Of a stretch of 64,000 nucleotides of DNA, positions 28,162 to 39,855 are shown in pieces. The translations under genes were made by a program, and so were the position numbers. The number at the start of each line of letters is the position of its first letter. Position 1 is the stretch's first letter. This DNA comes from Betaproteobacteria bacterium (GTDB lineage: Bacteria > Pseudomonadota > Gammaproteobacteria > Burkholderiales > WYBJ01), in NCBI GenBank assembly GCA_009377585.1, contig WHTS01000009.1:14480-78479 (forward strand). Direction: 5' to 3'. Below the pieces are notes generated by a model. That model saw only the letters and a list, made by a program, of their open reading frames with translations, did not search any database and was not told where the DNA came from.

Positions 28162-28893
28162 TCAGTTGCCGGGACGCCCCGACTGGCTCGCCAAATCGAG
28201 CAGCTTGCTGAGATCGGCGGCGGGCAGCGTGCCCGGTACGCGGCTGCCGTCGGCGAAAATCAAGGTCGGCGTGCCCTTGATGCCTTTGTCCTGACCATAC
28301 TGCACCAGTTTTTCCAGCGGCGCGTCGCAGTTCGCCGCCGCCTTGGGCGCGATGTCCTTCAGCATGAGATCGGTCCACGCCTTGGCGCGATCCTTCGAAC
28401 ACCAGACCGCGCGCGCCTTCTCCACCGAGTCGTTGGACAGTATGGGAAGCAGGAAGACGTGCAGCGTCACGTCCTTGACGTTCACGAGCTCCTGCTCGAG
28501 GCGCTTGCAATAGGGACAATTCGGATCGGTGAAGTAGGCGAGCTTGCGCTTGCCGTTGCCGCGCACGACCTTGAACGATTGCTGCAGCGGCAGCGAATCG
28601 AACGGGATCGCCTGCAGCTTGCGCAGCCGCTCGGCGGTGAGGTCGGTGCGGGTCTTGACATCCACCATGCGGCCTTCCGCGATGATGTAGCTCACGTCCT
28701 TGTCGGTGTAGATGATGACGCCGTTGGCGAACACCTCGTAGATGCCCGGCAGCGGAGTGCGGACGACGCTTTCGACGGCAATGCCGGGATAGCGCGCCTG
28801 CATGTTCTTGCGCACCTCGGCTTCGTTGGCGCTCGCGATCCCGCTTGCCACCAACGCCGCAAACATACAGGCCCACACGAACGATCGTTTCAA
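28162..28893 (-). CDS. dsbC: Thiol:disulfide interchange protein DsbC/DsbG family
   Basis: Signal peptide, thioredoxin-fold CPYC active site, 243 aa. Confidence 0.8.
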   Translation of the reverse strand: MKRSFVWACMFAALVASGIASANEAEVRKNMQARYPGIAVESVVRTPLPGIYEVFANGVIIYTDKDVSYIIAEGRMVDVKTRTDLTAERLRKLQAIPFDSLPLQQSFKVVRGNGKRKLAYFTDPNCPYCKRLEQELVNVKDVTLHVFLLPILSNDSVEKARAVWCSKDRAKAWTDLMLKDIAPKAAANCDAPLEKLVQYGQDKGIKGTPTLIFADGSRVPGTLPAADLSKLLDLASQSGRPGN

Positions 28894-28917
28894 CTCAGGC
28901 TCCTTATGCCGCGCCCT

Positions 28918-30123
28918 TCAAGCGAGCGCGTGCTCGATGAGAATATTCTTCAGGGGCACGATTGCATTGGTGAACTGCAGCCCCGTGTTGCGCAGCCAGC
29001 TTGCGCCGTATGCGCGCGTGGCAAACAGCCGCTGCAGTCCGTCCGTGGTCCACTGCATCGCCGCGACCGTCTCACGGCGCGCGCGCGCATAGCGGCGCAG
29101 CAGCCGGTGGTCGCCGCAATCGTCCTGCGGTCCGCGTTCGCGTAGCACGCGGGCCAGCTCGCACGCATCCTGGAAGCCGAGATTCAAGCCCTGCCCGGCA
29201 AGCGGATGGACCACGTGCGCGGCATCGCCGAGCAGCGCCAGGCGCGGGCGCACGGTCTGCGCGACCCGCAATAGGTGCAAGGGAAAAGATCGGGGCAACG
29301 TCACCAGGCGCATAGCGCCTAAGGCATGACGGCAGGCGGTCGCGACCTCGTGTTCGAAATCGTGCGGTTCGTGCGCCAGCAGACGCGCGGCGTGAGCGTC
29401 CGAGGTAGACCAGACCAGCGACACGCGGTTCCCGGGCAAGGGCAGCAAGGCAACCACGCCTCCAGAGACGAACCACTGGCGCGCGATCGATTCGTGGCCG
29501 AGCTCGGTTTCGAAATTGGCGACCACACCCTGCTGGCCGTAGGCGCGCACGCTGTGCTCCATACCCGCCATTTCGCGCACCCACGAATTCATTCCGTCGG
29601 CGCCGACCACGAGCCGCGCATCGATCGATCGGCCGTCGGCGAGATCGACCAGCACGCCCTCCTCGCCCAGCGCCAGGGCGACCGGCGAATGGCCGAACAG
29701 CCGAGCGGGGCCGCCCGGTTCGGCGTTCGCCGCCGCCAATGCCTGCTGAATTTCGCGGCCCTCGACGATGTAGCACAGCTCCGGGATCGCACAGTCGTAG
29801 GCGCTGAAGATGATCTCGGCGCCTTGCGCATCGCCGAAAACCTGCATGGCTTCGACGCAGGCAATGCGCTCGGACGCAATGCGTCCCCACGCACCGCACT
29901 GGTCGAGGAAGTCTTTCGAACCCGGGCTGATCGCATAGATTCGGCTGTCCCCGCCGTCTTGCGAGGGCTCGGCGGGAACCTCGGCATCGAGCAGCAGCGT
30001 GCGCAAACCGCTCGAGCGCAATGCTCTCGCGAAGCCGGCGCCCACCAGGCCGGCACCGATCACGAGCACGTCGCATTCAACTGCAGCCCGTGCGCTATCC
30101 GAATCCGCAGTCTTGCCTTGCAA
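28918..30123 (-). CDS. FAD-dependent monooxygenase, UbiH/UbiF/VisC/COQ6 family
   Basis: DVLVIGAGLVGAGFA dinucleotide fold, GDAAHVVHPLAGQGLNLG motif. Confidence 0.85.
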   Translation of the reverse strand: MQGKTADSDSARAAVECDVLVIGAGLVGAGFARALRSSGLRTLLLDAEVPAEPSQDGGDSRIYAISPGSKDFLDQCGAWGRIASERIACVEAMQVFGDAQGAEIIFSAYDCAIPELCYIVEGREIQQALAAANAEPGGPARLFGHSPVALALGEEGVLVDLADGRSIDARLVVGADGMNSWVREMAGMEHSVRAYGQQGVVANFETELGHESIARQWFVSGGVVALLPLPGNRVSLVWSTSDAHAARLLAHEPHDFEHEVATACRHALGAMRLVTLPRSFPLHLLRVAQTVRPRLALLGDAAHVVHPLAGQGLNLGFQDACELARVLRERGPQDDCGDHRLLRRYARARRETVAAMQWTTDGLQRLFATRAYGASWLRNTGLQFTNAIVPLKNILIEHALA

Positions 30124-30363
30124 TGTTGCTCCTTACACCGTACGCAATCGGCAGTTTACGACCGGCCCGGTTGCCGCTGTAACCACCACCGCCAGGCGGT
30201 GCAGCGTTCGCGATGAGCGGTTCGAATCCCTCGCACTATCGACTTCGGTTACCTTCAATGTGAGGCAATGCGCTCACGCCCCTTTGCCTGGCCGAGCACA
30301 CGATTCATGCCATAATACGAGCCCCGCGCGCGTCCGGCTCGATGCGCGTGCGGCGGCATATCG

Positions 30364-30440
30364 GGTGATGTAGCTCAACCGGTTAGAGCGCCACACTCAT
30401 AATGTGGAGGTTGAGGGTTCGAGTCCCTCCATCACTACCA
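30364..30440 (+). tRNA. tRNA-Met (anticodon CAT), elongator-like
   Basis: Manual cloverleaf: acceptor GGTGATG/CATCACT (G-U first pair), D-arm GCTC...GAGC, anticodon stem CCACA/TGTGG with loop CTCATAA, T-arm GAGGG-TTCGAGT-CCCTC, encoded ACCA. It resembles E. coli metT more than fMet. Confidence 0.9.
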
Positions 30441-30527
30441 ACCACAGCTCGTCGCCTGTCGCAGCGCGGCCAAACCGCCCGCCGTCGGCCGGGCTATAAT
30501 GTGCCCGAAACAAATTCCTGATTCTCT

Positions 30528-30869
30528 ATGGCTTTCGACCGACTCGCAAACCTGCTGGCGGGGCTGATCCTGGGCATCTGGCTCGCGCTCGATCCCGGGC
30601 AGGCTTATTCGCAGCTACGCACGCTGCCCGCAAACGCCAAGCGCGCCGAGCTCACCGGCTACCAGAGCCCGTTCGTGGTCATTGGCGGCGAGGTGCGCCG
30701 GCTCGCCCCCGGTGCAGTGATCTTCGACATCAACAACCGCACCATAACGCCCGGCTTCCTGCCGGCGAAAGCCGACGTGGTCTATACGATCGATCAGACC
30801 GGGTCGGTGATGCGCATCTACCTGCTCAACGCGCAGGAACAGCAGAGACTGGACGCGGCCCGGCGCTAG
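30528..30869 (+). CDS. Hypothetical secreted/periplasmic protein (113 aa)
   Basis: N-terminal hydrophobic signal-like segment. Coding-like composition. No family recognised. Confidence 0.6.
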   Translation: MAFDRLANLLAGLILGIWLALDPGQAYSQLRTLPANAKRAELTGYQSPFVVIGGEVRRLAPGAVIFDINNRTITPGFLPAKADVVYTIDQTGSVMRIYLLNAQEQQRLDAARR

Positions 30870-30876
30870 CGCCTTC

Positions 30877-32205
30877 ATGACGAGCAAAGTCTTCATTCGC
30901 ACCTTCGGCTGCCAGATGAACGAGTACGACTCGGACAAGATGGCAGACGTGCTGCACGCTGCGCGTGGAATGGAGCCCACCGACGACCCCGGTGAGGCCG
31001 ACGTAATTCTCTTCAACACCTGCTCGGTGCGGGAGAAGGCGCAAGAAAAAGTGTTCCACGACCTGGGCCGCGTCAAGCATCTGAAGCGTTCGCGTCCGGG
31101 GTTGCTGATCGGCGTGGGCGGATGCGTGGCGAGCCAGGAGGGCGCGCAAATCGTCGCGCGCGCGCCCTACGTCGACCTGGTGTTCGGCCCGCAAACGCTG
31201 CATCGGCTGCCCGCATTGATCGACGAGCGCATTCGCACCGGCAAGGCGCAAGTCGACATCTCGTTTCCCGAGATCGAGAAATTCGACGCGCTGCCACCCG
31301 CGCGGGTCGAGGGCGTAGCCGCATTCGTCTCCATCATGGAAGGCTGCAGCAAATACTGCACATTCTGCGTCGTGCCGTATACCCGCGGCGAGGAGGTCTC
31401 GCGCCCGCTTGACGACGTGCTGACCGAAGTCGCAGTGCTCGCTCAGCAGGACGTGAAGGAAGTGACGCTGCTCGGCCAGAACGTCAACGCCTGGCGAGGG
31501 CGACTAACCGACGGCGGGCTCGGCGATTTCGCCCTGCTGCTCGAGTACGTCGCGGAAATTCCGGGCATCGATCGCATCCGCTTCACCACCTCGCATCCGA
31601 AGGAATTCACGCAACGCCTGATCGATGCCTACGCGGCGGTCCCGCAGCTCGTGAGCCACGTGCATTTGCCGGTGCAATGCGGCTCGGACCGGATCCTCGC
31701 CGCTATGAAGCGCGGCTATAGCGCGCTCGAGTACAAGTCGATCGTACGCAGGCTGCGCGCCGTGCGCGCCGATCTATCGCTTTCTTCGGATTTCATCGTC
31801 GGCTTTCCCGGCGAAACCGAGGCCGACTTCGAAGCCACCGTTCGCCTGGTGGAAGAGGTCGGCTTCGATGCGAGCTTCAGCTTCGTGTTCAGCGCGCGTC
31901 CCGGCACGCCGGCAGCAAACTTCCACGACGACACACCGCAGGCCACCAAGCTTGCGCGGCTGCAACGCCTGCAGGCACTGATCGAGCAGCAGGCGCAGGC
32001 GATCGGAGCAGCTATGGTCGGCACGCGCCAGCGCGTGCTGATCGATTCGCATGCCCGCAAGGATGCGCGCGAATTGAGCGGGCGCACCGACAACAACCGG
32101 GTGGTCAATTTCGCCGGGCCCGAGCGCCTTCTCGGCCGCTTCGCCGATGTCGAGATCACGCAGGCGTTGCCGCATTCTCTGCGCGGGCGCTTGCTTACGG
32201 CATAA
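30877..32205 (+). CDS. miaB: tRNA-2-methylthio-N6-dimethylallyladenosine synthase
   Basis: [10 protein letters not shown], radical-SAM [16 protein letters not shown]-terminus. Confidence 0.95.
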   Translation: MTSKVFIRTFGCQMNEYDSDKMADVLHAARGMEPTDDPGEADVILFNTCSVREKAQEKVFHDLGRVKHLKRSRPGLLIGVGGCVASQEGAQIVARAPYVDLVFGPQTLHRLPALIDERIRTGKAQVDISFPEIEKFDALPPARVEGVAAFVSIMEGCSKYCTFCVVPYTRGEEVSRPLDDVLTEVAVLAQQDVKEVTLLGQNVNAWRGRLTDGGLGDFALLLEYVAEIPGIDRIRFTTSHPKEFTQRLIDAYAAVPQLVSHVHLPVQCGSDRILAAMKRGYSALEYKSIVRRLRAVRADLSLSSDFIVGFPGETEADFEATVRLVEEVGFDASFSFVFSARPGTPAANFHDDTPQATKLARLQRLQALIEQQAQAIGAAMVGTRQRVLIDSHARKDARELSGRTDNNRVVNFAGPERLLGRFADVEITQALPHSLRGRLLTA

Positions 32206-32227
32206 CGCTCGAATTCGGGCACGGCGC

Positions 32228-33283
32228 ATGCGATTCCGCGTCCCGGCCGCGCGCTTGCTGGCCGCGGCGAAATGCCCGACAATCGTCACAACATTTTCTC
32301 CTGCTCGTTCGTCATTGAGAGCGAAGTCCGTCGAGATCAGCTTCACCCCCGTCGATAACCAGCGCCTTGCCAACCTGTGCGGCGCACTGGACGAAAATCT
32401 GCGATCGATCGAGTCGGCACTCGACATCTCCATCACCCGCCGTGGTGAACGCTTCCTGCTTTCCGGCGCACCCGAACGAACCGCGCAAGGCGCGCAGGCG
32501 CTCGAACGGCTGTATGCGCAAGCCGGAGAGCACGTGAGCCCGGATGACATCCAGCTGGGCCTGGTCGAAGTGCGCCAGCAAATGCCCGCGGCCGAGGCGA
32601 ACGAGATCGCGCCCTTGCTCACGCGCAAGGGCGATCTGCGCGGGCGCACGCCTCGGCAGGTGCAGTACCTGCAGAACATCCAGACTTACGACATCACGTT
32701 CAGCATCGGGCCGGCCGGCACGGGCAAGACCTATCTTGCAGTCGCCTGCGCGGTCGACGCACTGGAGCGCGACCGCGTCAAGCGCATCGTGCTGGTGCGC
32801 CCCGCCGTGGAGGCGGGCGAGCGCCTGGGCTTTCTGCCCGGCGACATGGCGCAGAAGGTCGACCCCTATCTGCGCCCGCTCTACGACGCGCTGTACGACC
32901 TGATGGGCTTCGACAAGGTCGGGCGGCTGTTCGAGCGCAGCACGATCGAGATTGCACCGCTCGCGTTCATGCGCGGGCGCACGCTCAACCATTCCTTTAT
33001 CATCCTCGACGAAGCGCAAAACACCACGCCCGAGCAGATGAAGATGTTCCTGACCCGCATGGGTTTCGGCACTAAGGCGGTGATCACCGGCGATGTTACC
33101 CAGATCGATCTCGCGCGCGGGCAGAAGAGCGGCCTGGTGGAGGCGCGCGAGGTGCTCGCGGATGTCAAGGGCATCGCGTTCACATTGTTCGAAAGCGTCG
33201 ACGTCGTTCGTCATCCGCTGGTGCAGCGCATAGTCAATGCCTACGAAACGCACCGCCCGCACACCGACAAGCCGCAGGACTAG
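32228..33283 (+). CDS. ybeZ: PhoH family ATPase (YbeZ-like)
   Basis: [40 protein letters not shown]. The start is uncertain (ATG at 32228 or TTG at 32315). Confidence 0.9.
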   Translation: MRFRVPAARLLAAAKCPTIVTTFSPARSSLRAKSVEISFTPVDNQRLANLCGALDENLRSIESALDISITRRGERFLLSGAPERTAQGAQALERLYAQAGEHVSPDDIQLGLVEVRQQMPAAEANEIAPLLTRKGDLRGRTPRQVQYLQNIQTYDITFSIGPAGTGKTYLAVACAVDALERDRVKRIVLVRPAVEAGERLGFLPGDMAQKVDPYLRPLYDALYDLMGFDKVGRLFERSTIEIAPLAFMRGRTLNHSFIILDEAQNTTPEQMKMFLTRMGFGTKAVITGDVTQIDLARGQKSGLVEAREVLADVKGIAFTLFESVDVVRHPLVQRIVNAYETHRPHTDKPQD

Positions 33284-33290
33284 AAAGCTC

Positions 33291-33719
33291 GTGTTCACGC
33301 TCCAGCTCGCGTGCAAGGCAGCCGCAATCCCGTCGCGCCGGAAGCTGCGCGCGTGGGCCCAGGCCGCACTGGAGCGCGATGCACGCGTAACCTTGCGTAT
33401 CGTGGACGGGCGCGAGGGACGGAGCCTCAACCAGCGCTTTCGCGGCCGCCGCTACGCTACCAACGTGCTCACCTTCGTCTACGACGACCGGCCGCGGCTC
33501 GCGGGCGATATCGCGCTATGCGCGCCCGTGGTCGAGCGCGAAGCGCGTGCGGGCGCAATCGCGCTGGAGGCGCATTACGCGCATCTGGTCGTCCACGGCA
33601 TGCTGCACCTGCAGGGGCACGATCACATCGCCAGCCGCGATGCGGCGGCCATGGAAGCACGCGAGAGCGCGATACTGAAACGATTGGGCTATCCCGATCC
33701 GTATCGTCCCGCATGCTGA
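33291..33719 (+). CDS. ybeY: rRNA maturation RNase YbeY
   Basis: HGMLHLQGHDH zinc motif. A GTG start at 33291 lies 8 nt after the phoH stop and gives MFTLQLAC..., similar to the E. coli YbeY N-terminus. Confidence 0.9.
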   Translation: MFTLQLACKAAAIPSRRKLRAWAQAALERDARVTLRIVDGREGRSLNQRFRGRRYATNVLTFVYDDRPRLAGDIALCAPVVEREARAGAIALEAHYAHLVVHGMLHLQGHDHIASRDAAAMEARESAILKRLGYPDPYRPAC

Positions 33720-33748
33720 TCGGGTTCGCAGCCGCAACGACAAAGCCC

Positions 33749-34600
33749 ATGGCGACTTCACCGAGACACAGTCTTCTCGACCGCCTGGGCGCATTGCTGA
33801 TGCGCGAGCCGGGCGATCGCCAGCAGCTCGTATCGCTGCTGCACTCGTCGTTTCAGCGCAATCTGCTCGACGCCGACGCGCTGTCGATGATCGAGGGCGT
33901 GCTGCAGGTCTCCGAGCTGCAGGCGCGCGACATCATGGTGCCGCGCTCGCAGATGGAAGTGATCGACGTCAAGGAATCCCCCGATCGCTTCATCCCGCTG
34001 GTGATCCAAAGCGGCCACTCGCGCTTTCCGGTGATCAACGAGAACAAGGACGACGTGATCGGCATCCTGCTCGCCAAGGACCTGCTGCGCTACTACGCCG
34101 GCGAGGAGGAGTTCAACGTCCGCGACATGCTGCGCCCGGCCGTGTTCATTCCCGAATCGAAGCGGTTGAACGTGCTGCTGAAGGAGTTTCGCGCCAATCG
34201 CAATCACATGGCGATGGTCGTGGATGAGTACGGTGGCGTGGCGGGACTGCTCACGATCGAGGACGTGCTGGAGCAGATCGTGGGCGAGATCGAGGACGAG
34301 CACGACTACGACGAAGCCGACGACAACATGGTGCAGGACAAGCCCGGACAGTACCGGGTCAAGGCCCTGACCGAGATCCGCGACTTCAACGCCGCGCTGG
34401 GCTGCCACTTCGACGACGAGGACTTCGATACCGTGGGCGGATTGGTCATCAACCGCTTCGGCCGGCTGCCCAAGCGCGGCGAATCGATCCGCATCGACAA
34501 CCTGCTGTTCAACGTCCTGCGCGCCGACAGCCGGCGGCTGCATCTGCTGGAAGTGGAACGCCTTCCGGACGACCCGGGCGCCGAGGATGCACGCGAGTAG
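33749..34600 (+). CDS. corC: CBS-pair/CorC_HlyC domain magnesium-cobalt efflux-associated protein
   Basis: DIMVPRSQM, two CBS domains, C-terminal CorC_HlyC. The start is ATG at 33749 or 33713. Confidence 0.9.
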   Translation: MATSPRHSLLDRLGALLMREPGDRQQLVSLLHSSFQRNLLDADALSMIEGVLQVSELQARDIMVPRSQMEVIDVKESPDRFIPLVIQSGHSRFPVINENKDDVIGILLAKDLLRYYAGEEEFNVRDMLRPAVFIPESKRLNVLLKEFRANRNHMAMVVDEYGGVAGLLTIEDVLEQIVGEIEDEHDYDEADDNMVQDKPGQYRVKALTEIRDFNAALGCHFDDEDFDTVGGLVINRFGRLPKRGESIRIDNLLFNVLRADSRRLHLLEVERLPDDPGAEDARE

Positions 34601-34685
34601 CTCCGGCGCCCTCGCGGCTCCCAGGCGGAGTGCGCGCTGCAAGCGCGCGGCGGCGCCGTCCGCGGATTTCGCCGGCGCCTGATCG

Positions 34686-36179
34686 ATGGCAGCGGTGCGC
34701 TGGAAACCGCTTGCCGCGGCGTTCGCTCTCGGCCTGGGCACGGTCGGCGGATTCGCGCCGTTCGAGATTTTCCTGCTGCCGGTCGTCACGCTCGCATGGC
34801 TGTTGCGCCTTGCCGAGCGGGCGGCCGCGCCGGGCGCCGCCTTCAAGCTCGGCTTTGCCTTCGGGCTCGGCTTCTTTCTTGCGGGCGTGTCGTGGGTCTA
34901 TGTGAGCCTGCACGACTTCGGCGCGATGCCCGCGCCGCTCGCCGCAGGCGTCACGCTATTGTTCTGCGCGTACCTGGCGCTCTACCCGGCGCTTGCCTCG
35001 AGCGTCGCCGTCCGCACCCGCTCCGATTGGCTGCGACGCTGTGTCGTGTTCCCGGGCGCGTGGGTCCTCACCGAGTGGGTCCGCGGCTGGCTCTTCACGG
35101 GCTTTCCCTGGCTCGGCATCGGCTACTCTCAGGCCGCCGAGAGTCCACTGGTCGGCATAGCGCCGGTGCTGGGCGTACACGGTGTCGGCCTCGCGCTCGT
35201 CGCCAGCGCCGGTCTCGCGCTGCATGTGTTCGCGGACGGCTGGCGCAATCCCGACTGGCGACCGCTCGCCGTGACTGCGCTGCTGTGGGTTGTTGCCGCC
35301 GGGCTCAAGGCGAATACCTGGACCGAACCGGCCGGCGAACCCGTGCGGGTGAGCCTGCTGCAGGGCAACGTCGCCCAAAGCATCAAATGGCGCCCGGAGC
35401 AGGTCGCCGTGACGCTGCGCTTGTACCAGCGCATGATCCTCGCGTCCTCGGCGCAGCTCATCATCCTGCCCGAAACCGCGCTGCCGATGTTCCTGCGGGA
35501 TGTGCCGCAAGAATTCCTGCAAGCGGTGGACGCGCATGCGAAGGCCCATGGCGCCGACGTGCTCTTCGGCCTGCCGGAGCGCGGCGACGGTGGCTACTAC
35601 AACAGTGTCGTGAGCATCGGCGCCTCGCCCTCGCAGGTGTACCGCAAGTCGCACCTGGTGCCGTTCGGAGAGTTCATCCCGTTGCGGCCGCTGCTCGCGC
35701 CGGTGGTGGAGGCGATGGCCATCCCGCTCACCGATTTTTCTCGCGGCACGCCGACCCAGCGTCCGCTTGCGGTCGCGGGCCAGCGCGTGGCGGTGAACAT
35801 CTGCTACGAGGACGTGTTCGGCGAGGAAATCATCCGCCAGTTGCCCGAGGCGACACTGCTCGTCAACGTGAGCAACGTTGCCTGGTTCGGCGATTCGATC
35901 GCGCCCAGGCAGCACCTGCAGATCGCACAGATGCGAGCGATCGAAACCGGCCGTCCTATGCTGCGCGCTACCAACACCGGCATGACGGCAGTGGTGGCGC
36001 CAACAGGGCGCGTGACCCACGTGGCGTTAACGTTTCGCAACGCAACCGTGGAGGCCGAGGTGCGGGGACACACGGGTGCGACGCCTTACGTTCGCTTCGG
36101 CAATGCGCCGGCGTTGGGCCTTGCCGCCGTGTTCCTGCTCGCCGGATTCGTGCGCAAACCCAGGCGAGTGCGCGATTGA
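34686..36179 (+). CDS. lnt: Apolipoprotein N-acyltransferase
   Basis: 497 aa with a multi-TM N-terminus and a nitrilase-like domain with ICYE. Confidence 0.9.
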   Translation: MAAVRWKPLAAAFALGLGTVGGFAPFEIFLLPVVTLAWLLRLAERAAAPGAAFKLGFAFGLGFFLAGVSWVYVSLHDFGAMPAPLAAGVTLLFCAYLALYPALASSVAVRTRSDWLRRCVVFPGAWVLTEWVRGWLFTGFPWLGIGYSQAAESPLVGIAPVLGVHGVGLALVASAGLALHVFADGWRNPDWRPLAVTALLWVVAAGLKANTWTEPAGEPVRVSLLQGNVAQSIKWRPEQVAVTLRLYQRMILASSAQLIILPETALPMFLRDVPQEFLQAVDAHAKAHGADVLFGLPERGDGGYYNSVVSIGASPSQVYRKSHLVPFGEFIPLRPLLAPVVEAMAIPLTDFSRGTPTQRPLAVAGQRVAVNICYEDVFGEEIIRQLPEATLLVNVSNVAWFGDSIAPRQHLQIAQMRAIETGRPMLRATNTGMTAVVAPTGRVTHVALTFRNATVEAEVRGHTGATPYVRFGNAPALGLAAVFLLAGFVRKPRRVRD

Positions 36180-36307
36180 ACGCCTTGCACAACCGCGGCG
36201 TTTTTCTACAGCTTCGTTAGGCCGCAGCCGCGGCGAACCCGGTAGAATTCGGCTCTTCTTTGCAAGTGTGCCGCTTCCGCCAGCACGACGCCCGCAATCG
36301 CCTGCTC

Positions 36308-37207
36308 ATGTCCGATCGATTCGACACGCCGAGCTTCCAGCAGATCATCCTCAGCCTGCAGCAGTACTGGGATGCACAAGGCTGCGCGCTGCTGCAGCCC
36401 TACGACATGGAGGTCGGCGCGGGCACCTTCCATACCGCGACCTTTCTGCGCGCTATCGGGCCCGAGCCCTGGAATGCCGCCTACGTGCAGCCCTCGCGCC
36501 GGCCGAAGGACGGGCGCTACGGCGAGAATCCCAACCGCCTGCAACACTATTACCAGTACCAGGTCATCATGAAGCCGTCGCCGGCGGCCTTTCAGGATCT
36601 CTATCTCGGCTCGCTGGCGGCGCTGGGGGTCGATCTCGGCCGCAACGACGTCCGCTTCGTCGAGGACGATTGGGAATCGCCCACGCTCGGCGCCTGGGGG
36701 CTGGGCTGGGAAGTATGGCTGAACGGGATGGAAGTCACGCAGTTCACGTACTTCCAGGAGGTGGGCGGGCTCGTCTGCCATCCGGTTTCCGGCGAGATCA
36801 CCTACGGCTTGGAGCGCCTTGCGATGTACCTGCAAGGCAAGGACAGCGTCTACGACCTGGTATGGACGCCGGGCGTGAGCTACGGCGATGTGTACCACCA
36901 GAACGAGATCGAGCAGTCGCGTTACAACTTCGAACTGGCGGACGCCGACTGGCTCTTCCGGCAGTTCGCCGACTACGAAGCGCAGGCCATGCGCCTGCTC
37001 GAGCAGGGGCTGCCGCTCCCCGGTTACGAGCTGGTCATGAAGTGTTCGCATACCTTCAACCTGCTCGACGCTCGTGGCGCCATTTCGGTGACCGAGCGCG
37101 CCGCCTATATCGCCCGGGTGCGCGCACTCGCACGGGCGGTCGCGAAGAGCTACTACGAGGCGCGGGAGCGGCTGGGGTTTCCGATGCTGACGGCCGATAA
37201 GCGATGA
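36308..37207 (+). CDS. glyQ: Glycine--tRNA ligase alpha subunit
   Basis: [33 protein letters not shown]. Strongly conserved. Confidence 0.95.
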   Translation: MSDRFDTPSFQQIILSLQQYWDAQGCALLQPYDMEVGAGTFHTATFLRAIGPEPWNAAYVQPSRRPKDGRYGENPNRLQHYYQYQVIMKPSPAAFQDLYLGSLAALGVDLGRNDVRFVEDDWESPTLGAWGLGWEVWLNGMEVTQFTYFQEVGGLVCHPVSGEITYGLERLAMYLQGKDSVYDLVWTPGVSYGDVYHQNEIEQSRYNFELADADWLFRQFADYEAQAMRLLEQGLPLPGYELVMKCSHTFNLLDARGAISVTERAAYIARVRALARAVAKSYYEARERLGFPMLTADKR

Positions 37208-39300
37208 CCACCGAAGCCCTGCTGGTCGAGCTGTTGTGCGAAGAGCTGCCGCCGAAGGCGCTGCGCCGGCTCTCGGAAGCGCTTGCCGAGCAACTGCGGG
37301 TCGGGTTGCAGGCGGCCGGCTTTGTTGCGCCCGATGCCGCGGAGCCGGTTGTGTTCGCCACGCCGCGGCGCCTCGCCGTACGCTACCCGCAGGTCCGCGG
37401 CCGGCAGGAGGACCGGGAGGTCGTGCGCAAGGGACCCTCGGTGCAGGCCGCGCACGATGCCGCCGGCAAACCCACGGCCGCGCTGGCGGGATTCGCGCGC
37501 TCCTGCGGCGTGGCGGTCGAGGCGCTGGAGCACGTCCAGGATGGCAAGGCCGAATACTGGGCGTTTCGCTCCCGGCGGGCGGGCGAATCACTCGACGCGC
37601 ACTTACCGGCGCTGCTCGCGGAGGCGCTGAAGAAGCTGCCGATCCCCAAGCTGATGCGCTGGGGCGCGGGCGAGGCGCAGTTCGTTCGTCCCGTGCACGG
37701 CCTGGTGCTGCTGCACGGCAGCCGCGTCGTTCCCGGCCAGGTGCTCGACATCGCAGCCGGCAACACCACCCGGGGTCATCGCTTCCAGGGCCGGCGCGAT
37801 ATCGTGCTCGCGCATGCGAACGACTACGAGCAGCGGCTGCGCGAGGACGGCAAGGTGATCGCGAGCTTTGCCGAGCGGCGCGCCGAGATCGCATCCCAGA
37901 TCACAGCCCGGGCGCAAGAGCTCGATGCGGTGCTAGCCGATCCGGAGAGCCTGCTCGACGAAGTGACCGCGCTGGTGGAGCATCCCAGCGTCTACGTCGG
38001 TCGCTTCGAGGCCGAATTCCTGCAGGTGCCGCACGAGTGCCTGATGCTGACGATGCGTCAGAACCAGAAGTACTTTCCGCTTCTCGACCCTAGCGGCAAC
38101 CTGCTCAACGCCTTCCTGATCGTCGCCAACATGCGTCTCGACGACGCCGTCGCCATCGTGGATGGCAATCAGCGGGTGGTGCGGCCGCGGCTCGCCGACG
38201 CGCGCTTCTTCTACGAGCAGGACCGCAAGGTCCCGCTCGAACAGCGCCTGCCCGAGCTCGAGCGCATGGTGTATCACAACAAGCTCGGCTCGCAGCGCGA
38301 GCGGGTGGAGCGGCTGCGCTCGGCTGCCGGACGCATCGCCTCGCGCCTGGGCGTCGATCCCATGGTCGTGGACCGCGCCGCGCTCCTGTGCAAGGCGGAC
38401 CTCGCGACCGGCATGGTGGGCGAGTTTCCCGAACTGCAGGGCATCATGGGGCGCTACTACGCGATCCACGCAGGCGACTCGCCCGAAGTCGGCCAGGCGA
38501 TCGAGCAGCATTACCGGCCGCGCTTCGCAGCGGACGCCTTGCCGGCGCGAGGTGCACCCGCCGTCCTGGCACTCGCAGACAAGCTCGACATCCTGGTCGG
38601 GATCTACGGCATCGGACTCGTCCCGAGCGGCGATCGCGATCCGTTTGCGCTGCGCCGCCATGCCCTGGGGCTGCTGCGCATCCTGATCGAATACGACCTG
38701 CCGCTCGCGCTCTACGATCTGCTCGCGCTCGCGCGCGAGGGCTTCCAGCACGCAGTGGCGCTCGACCAAAACGTCGTGTCCGATCTGGTCGGATTCGTTC
38801 TCGATCGCTCGGTGGGCTACCTCAACGAGCGCGGCTATGCGCCCGAGGAGATCGAGTCGGTGCTGGATCTCTATCGCACCCATAACCTGCCGTTGAATCA
38901 GCTGTTGCCGCGGCTCGATGCGATCCGCCGCTTCCGCGCGCTGCCCGAGTCGGCGAGCCTGATCGAAGCGAACAAGCGCTCGCGCAACATCGTGGCGAAG
39001 GAGAAAGTCGTGGAGCTCGGTCAGGGCGTATCGGAAGCGCTGCTGCAAGAGCCGGCCGAAAAGGCGCTCTACGCGGCCCTGACGCGAATGAAGCCCGACG
39101 TCGAGTCGCAGGTTGAACGGCGCGAGTTCGCCGCGGCATTGAGCGCGCTCGCCCATTTGCGCGACCCGGTGGACCGGTTCTTCACCGATGTGCGCGTGGT
39201 GGTGCCCGATTCGGCGCTGCGCAACAACCGGTTTGCGCTCTTGAACGCGCTCAACCATCTGCTCAATTGCGTGGCCAACATCTCCAGGTTGCCGGCATGA
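37204..39300 (+). CDS. glyS: Glycine--tRNA ligase beta subunit
   Basis: 698 aa. ATGA overlap with glyQ. Typical GlyS N-terminus [15 protein letters not shown]. Confidence 0.95.
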   Translation: MTTEALLVELLCEELPPKALRRLSEALAEQLRVGLQAAGFVAPDAAEPVVFATPRRLAVRYPQVRGRQEDREVVRKGPSVQAAHDAAGKPTAALAGFARSCGVAVEALEHVQDGKAEYWAFRSRRAGESLDAHLPALLAEALKKLPIPKLMRWGAGEAQFVRPVHGLVLLHGSRVVPGQVLDIAAGNTTRGHRFQGRRDIVLAHANDYEQRLREDGKVIASFAERRAEIASQITARAQELDAVLADPESLLDEVTALVEHPSVYVGRFEAEFLQVPHECLMLTMRQNQKYFPLLDPSGNLLNAFLIVANMRLDDAVAIVDGNQRVVRPRLADARFFYEQDRKVPLEQRLPELERMVYHNKLGSQRERVERLRSAAGRIASRLGVDPMVVDRAALLCKADLATGMVGEFPELQGIMGRYYAIHAGDSPEVGQAIEQHYRPRFAADALPARGAPAVLALADKLDILVGIYGIGLVPSGDRDPFALRRHALGLLRILIEYDLPLALYDLLALAREGFQHAVALDQNVVSDLVGFVLDRSVGYLNERGYAPEEIESVLDLYRTHNLPLNQLLPRLDAIRRFRALPESASLIEANKRSRNIVAKEKVVELGQGVSEALLQEPAEKALYAALTRMKPDVESQVERREFAAALSALAHLRDPVDRFFTDVRVVVPDSALRNNRFALLNALNHLLNCVANISRLPA

Positions 39301-39830
39301 AGCTGATCGTTCTGGACCGTGACGGGGTCATCAATTTAGACAGCGACCGCTTCATCAAGACCCCGGAGGAGTGGCGTGCGATACCGGGGAGCCCGGAAGC
39401 AATTGCAATGCTCAACCAGCGCGGCTACCGGGTCGTGGTCGCAACCAATCAGTCCGGTATCGGCCGCGGACTGCTCGACATGGCGGCTTTCAACGCCATC
39501 AACGACAAGATGACCCGTACCCTGGCGCAGGTCGGCGGCCGCATCGACGCCGTGTTCTACTGCCCGCACGCGGCCGACGCCCACTGCGACTGCCGCAAGC
39601 CCAAGGCCGGGATGCTGCGCGAGATTGGCCGGCGCTTCAATTCGGATCTGAAGGACGTACCTGCGGTCGGCGATGCGCTGCGTGACCTGCAGGCCGCGCA
39701 CGAAGTCGGAGCAGCTCCGGTCCTGGTCACGACCGGCAAGGGCAGGATCACGCTCAAGGAAGGCGACCTGCCGCCGCATACGCAGGTGTTCGACGACCTG
39801 GCCGACTTCGCCCGGCACCTGGCCGGCTGA
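39297..39830 (+). CDS. gmhB: D-glycero-beta-D-manno-heptose 1,7-bisphosphate 7-phosphatase
   Basis: LDRDGVIN, TNQSGIGRG, Zn-binding C..H..C.CRKP. ATGA overlap with glyS. Confidence 0.9.
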   Translation: MKLIVLDRDGVINLDSDRFIKTPEEWRAIPGSPEAIAMLNQRGYRVVVATNQSGIGRGLLDMAAFNAINDKMTRTLAQVGGRIDAVFYCPHAADAHCDCRKPKAGMLREIGRRFNSDLKDVPAVGDALRDLQAAHEVGAAPVLVTTGKGRITLKEGDLPPHTQVFDDLADFARHLAG

Positions 39831-39855
39831 AGCAAGCGGAGTCTCTTTGGCCCGC

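Noticed and set aside
30364-30440. tRNA(CAT) as initiator tRNA-fMet or as tRNA-Ile2 (lysidine)
   Set aside because: The anticodon stem lacks the three consecutive G-C pairs of initiators and position 1-72 is paired (G-U). Overall similarity is to elongator Met. Ile2 identity cannot be fully excluded without a classifier.
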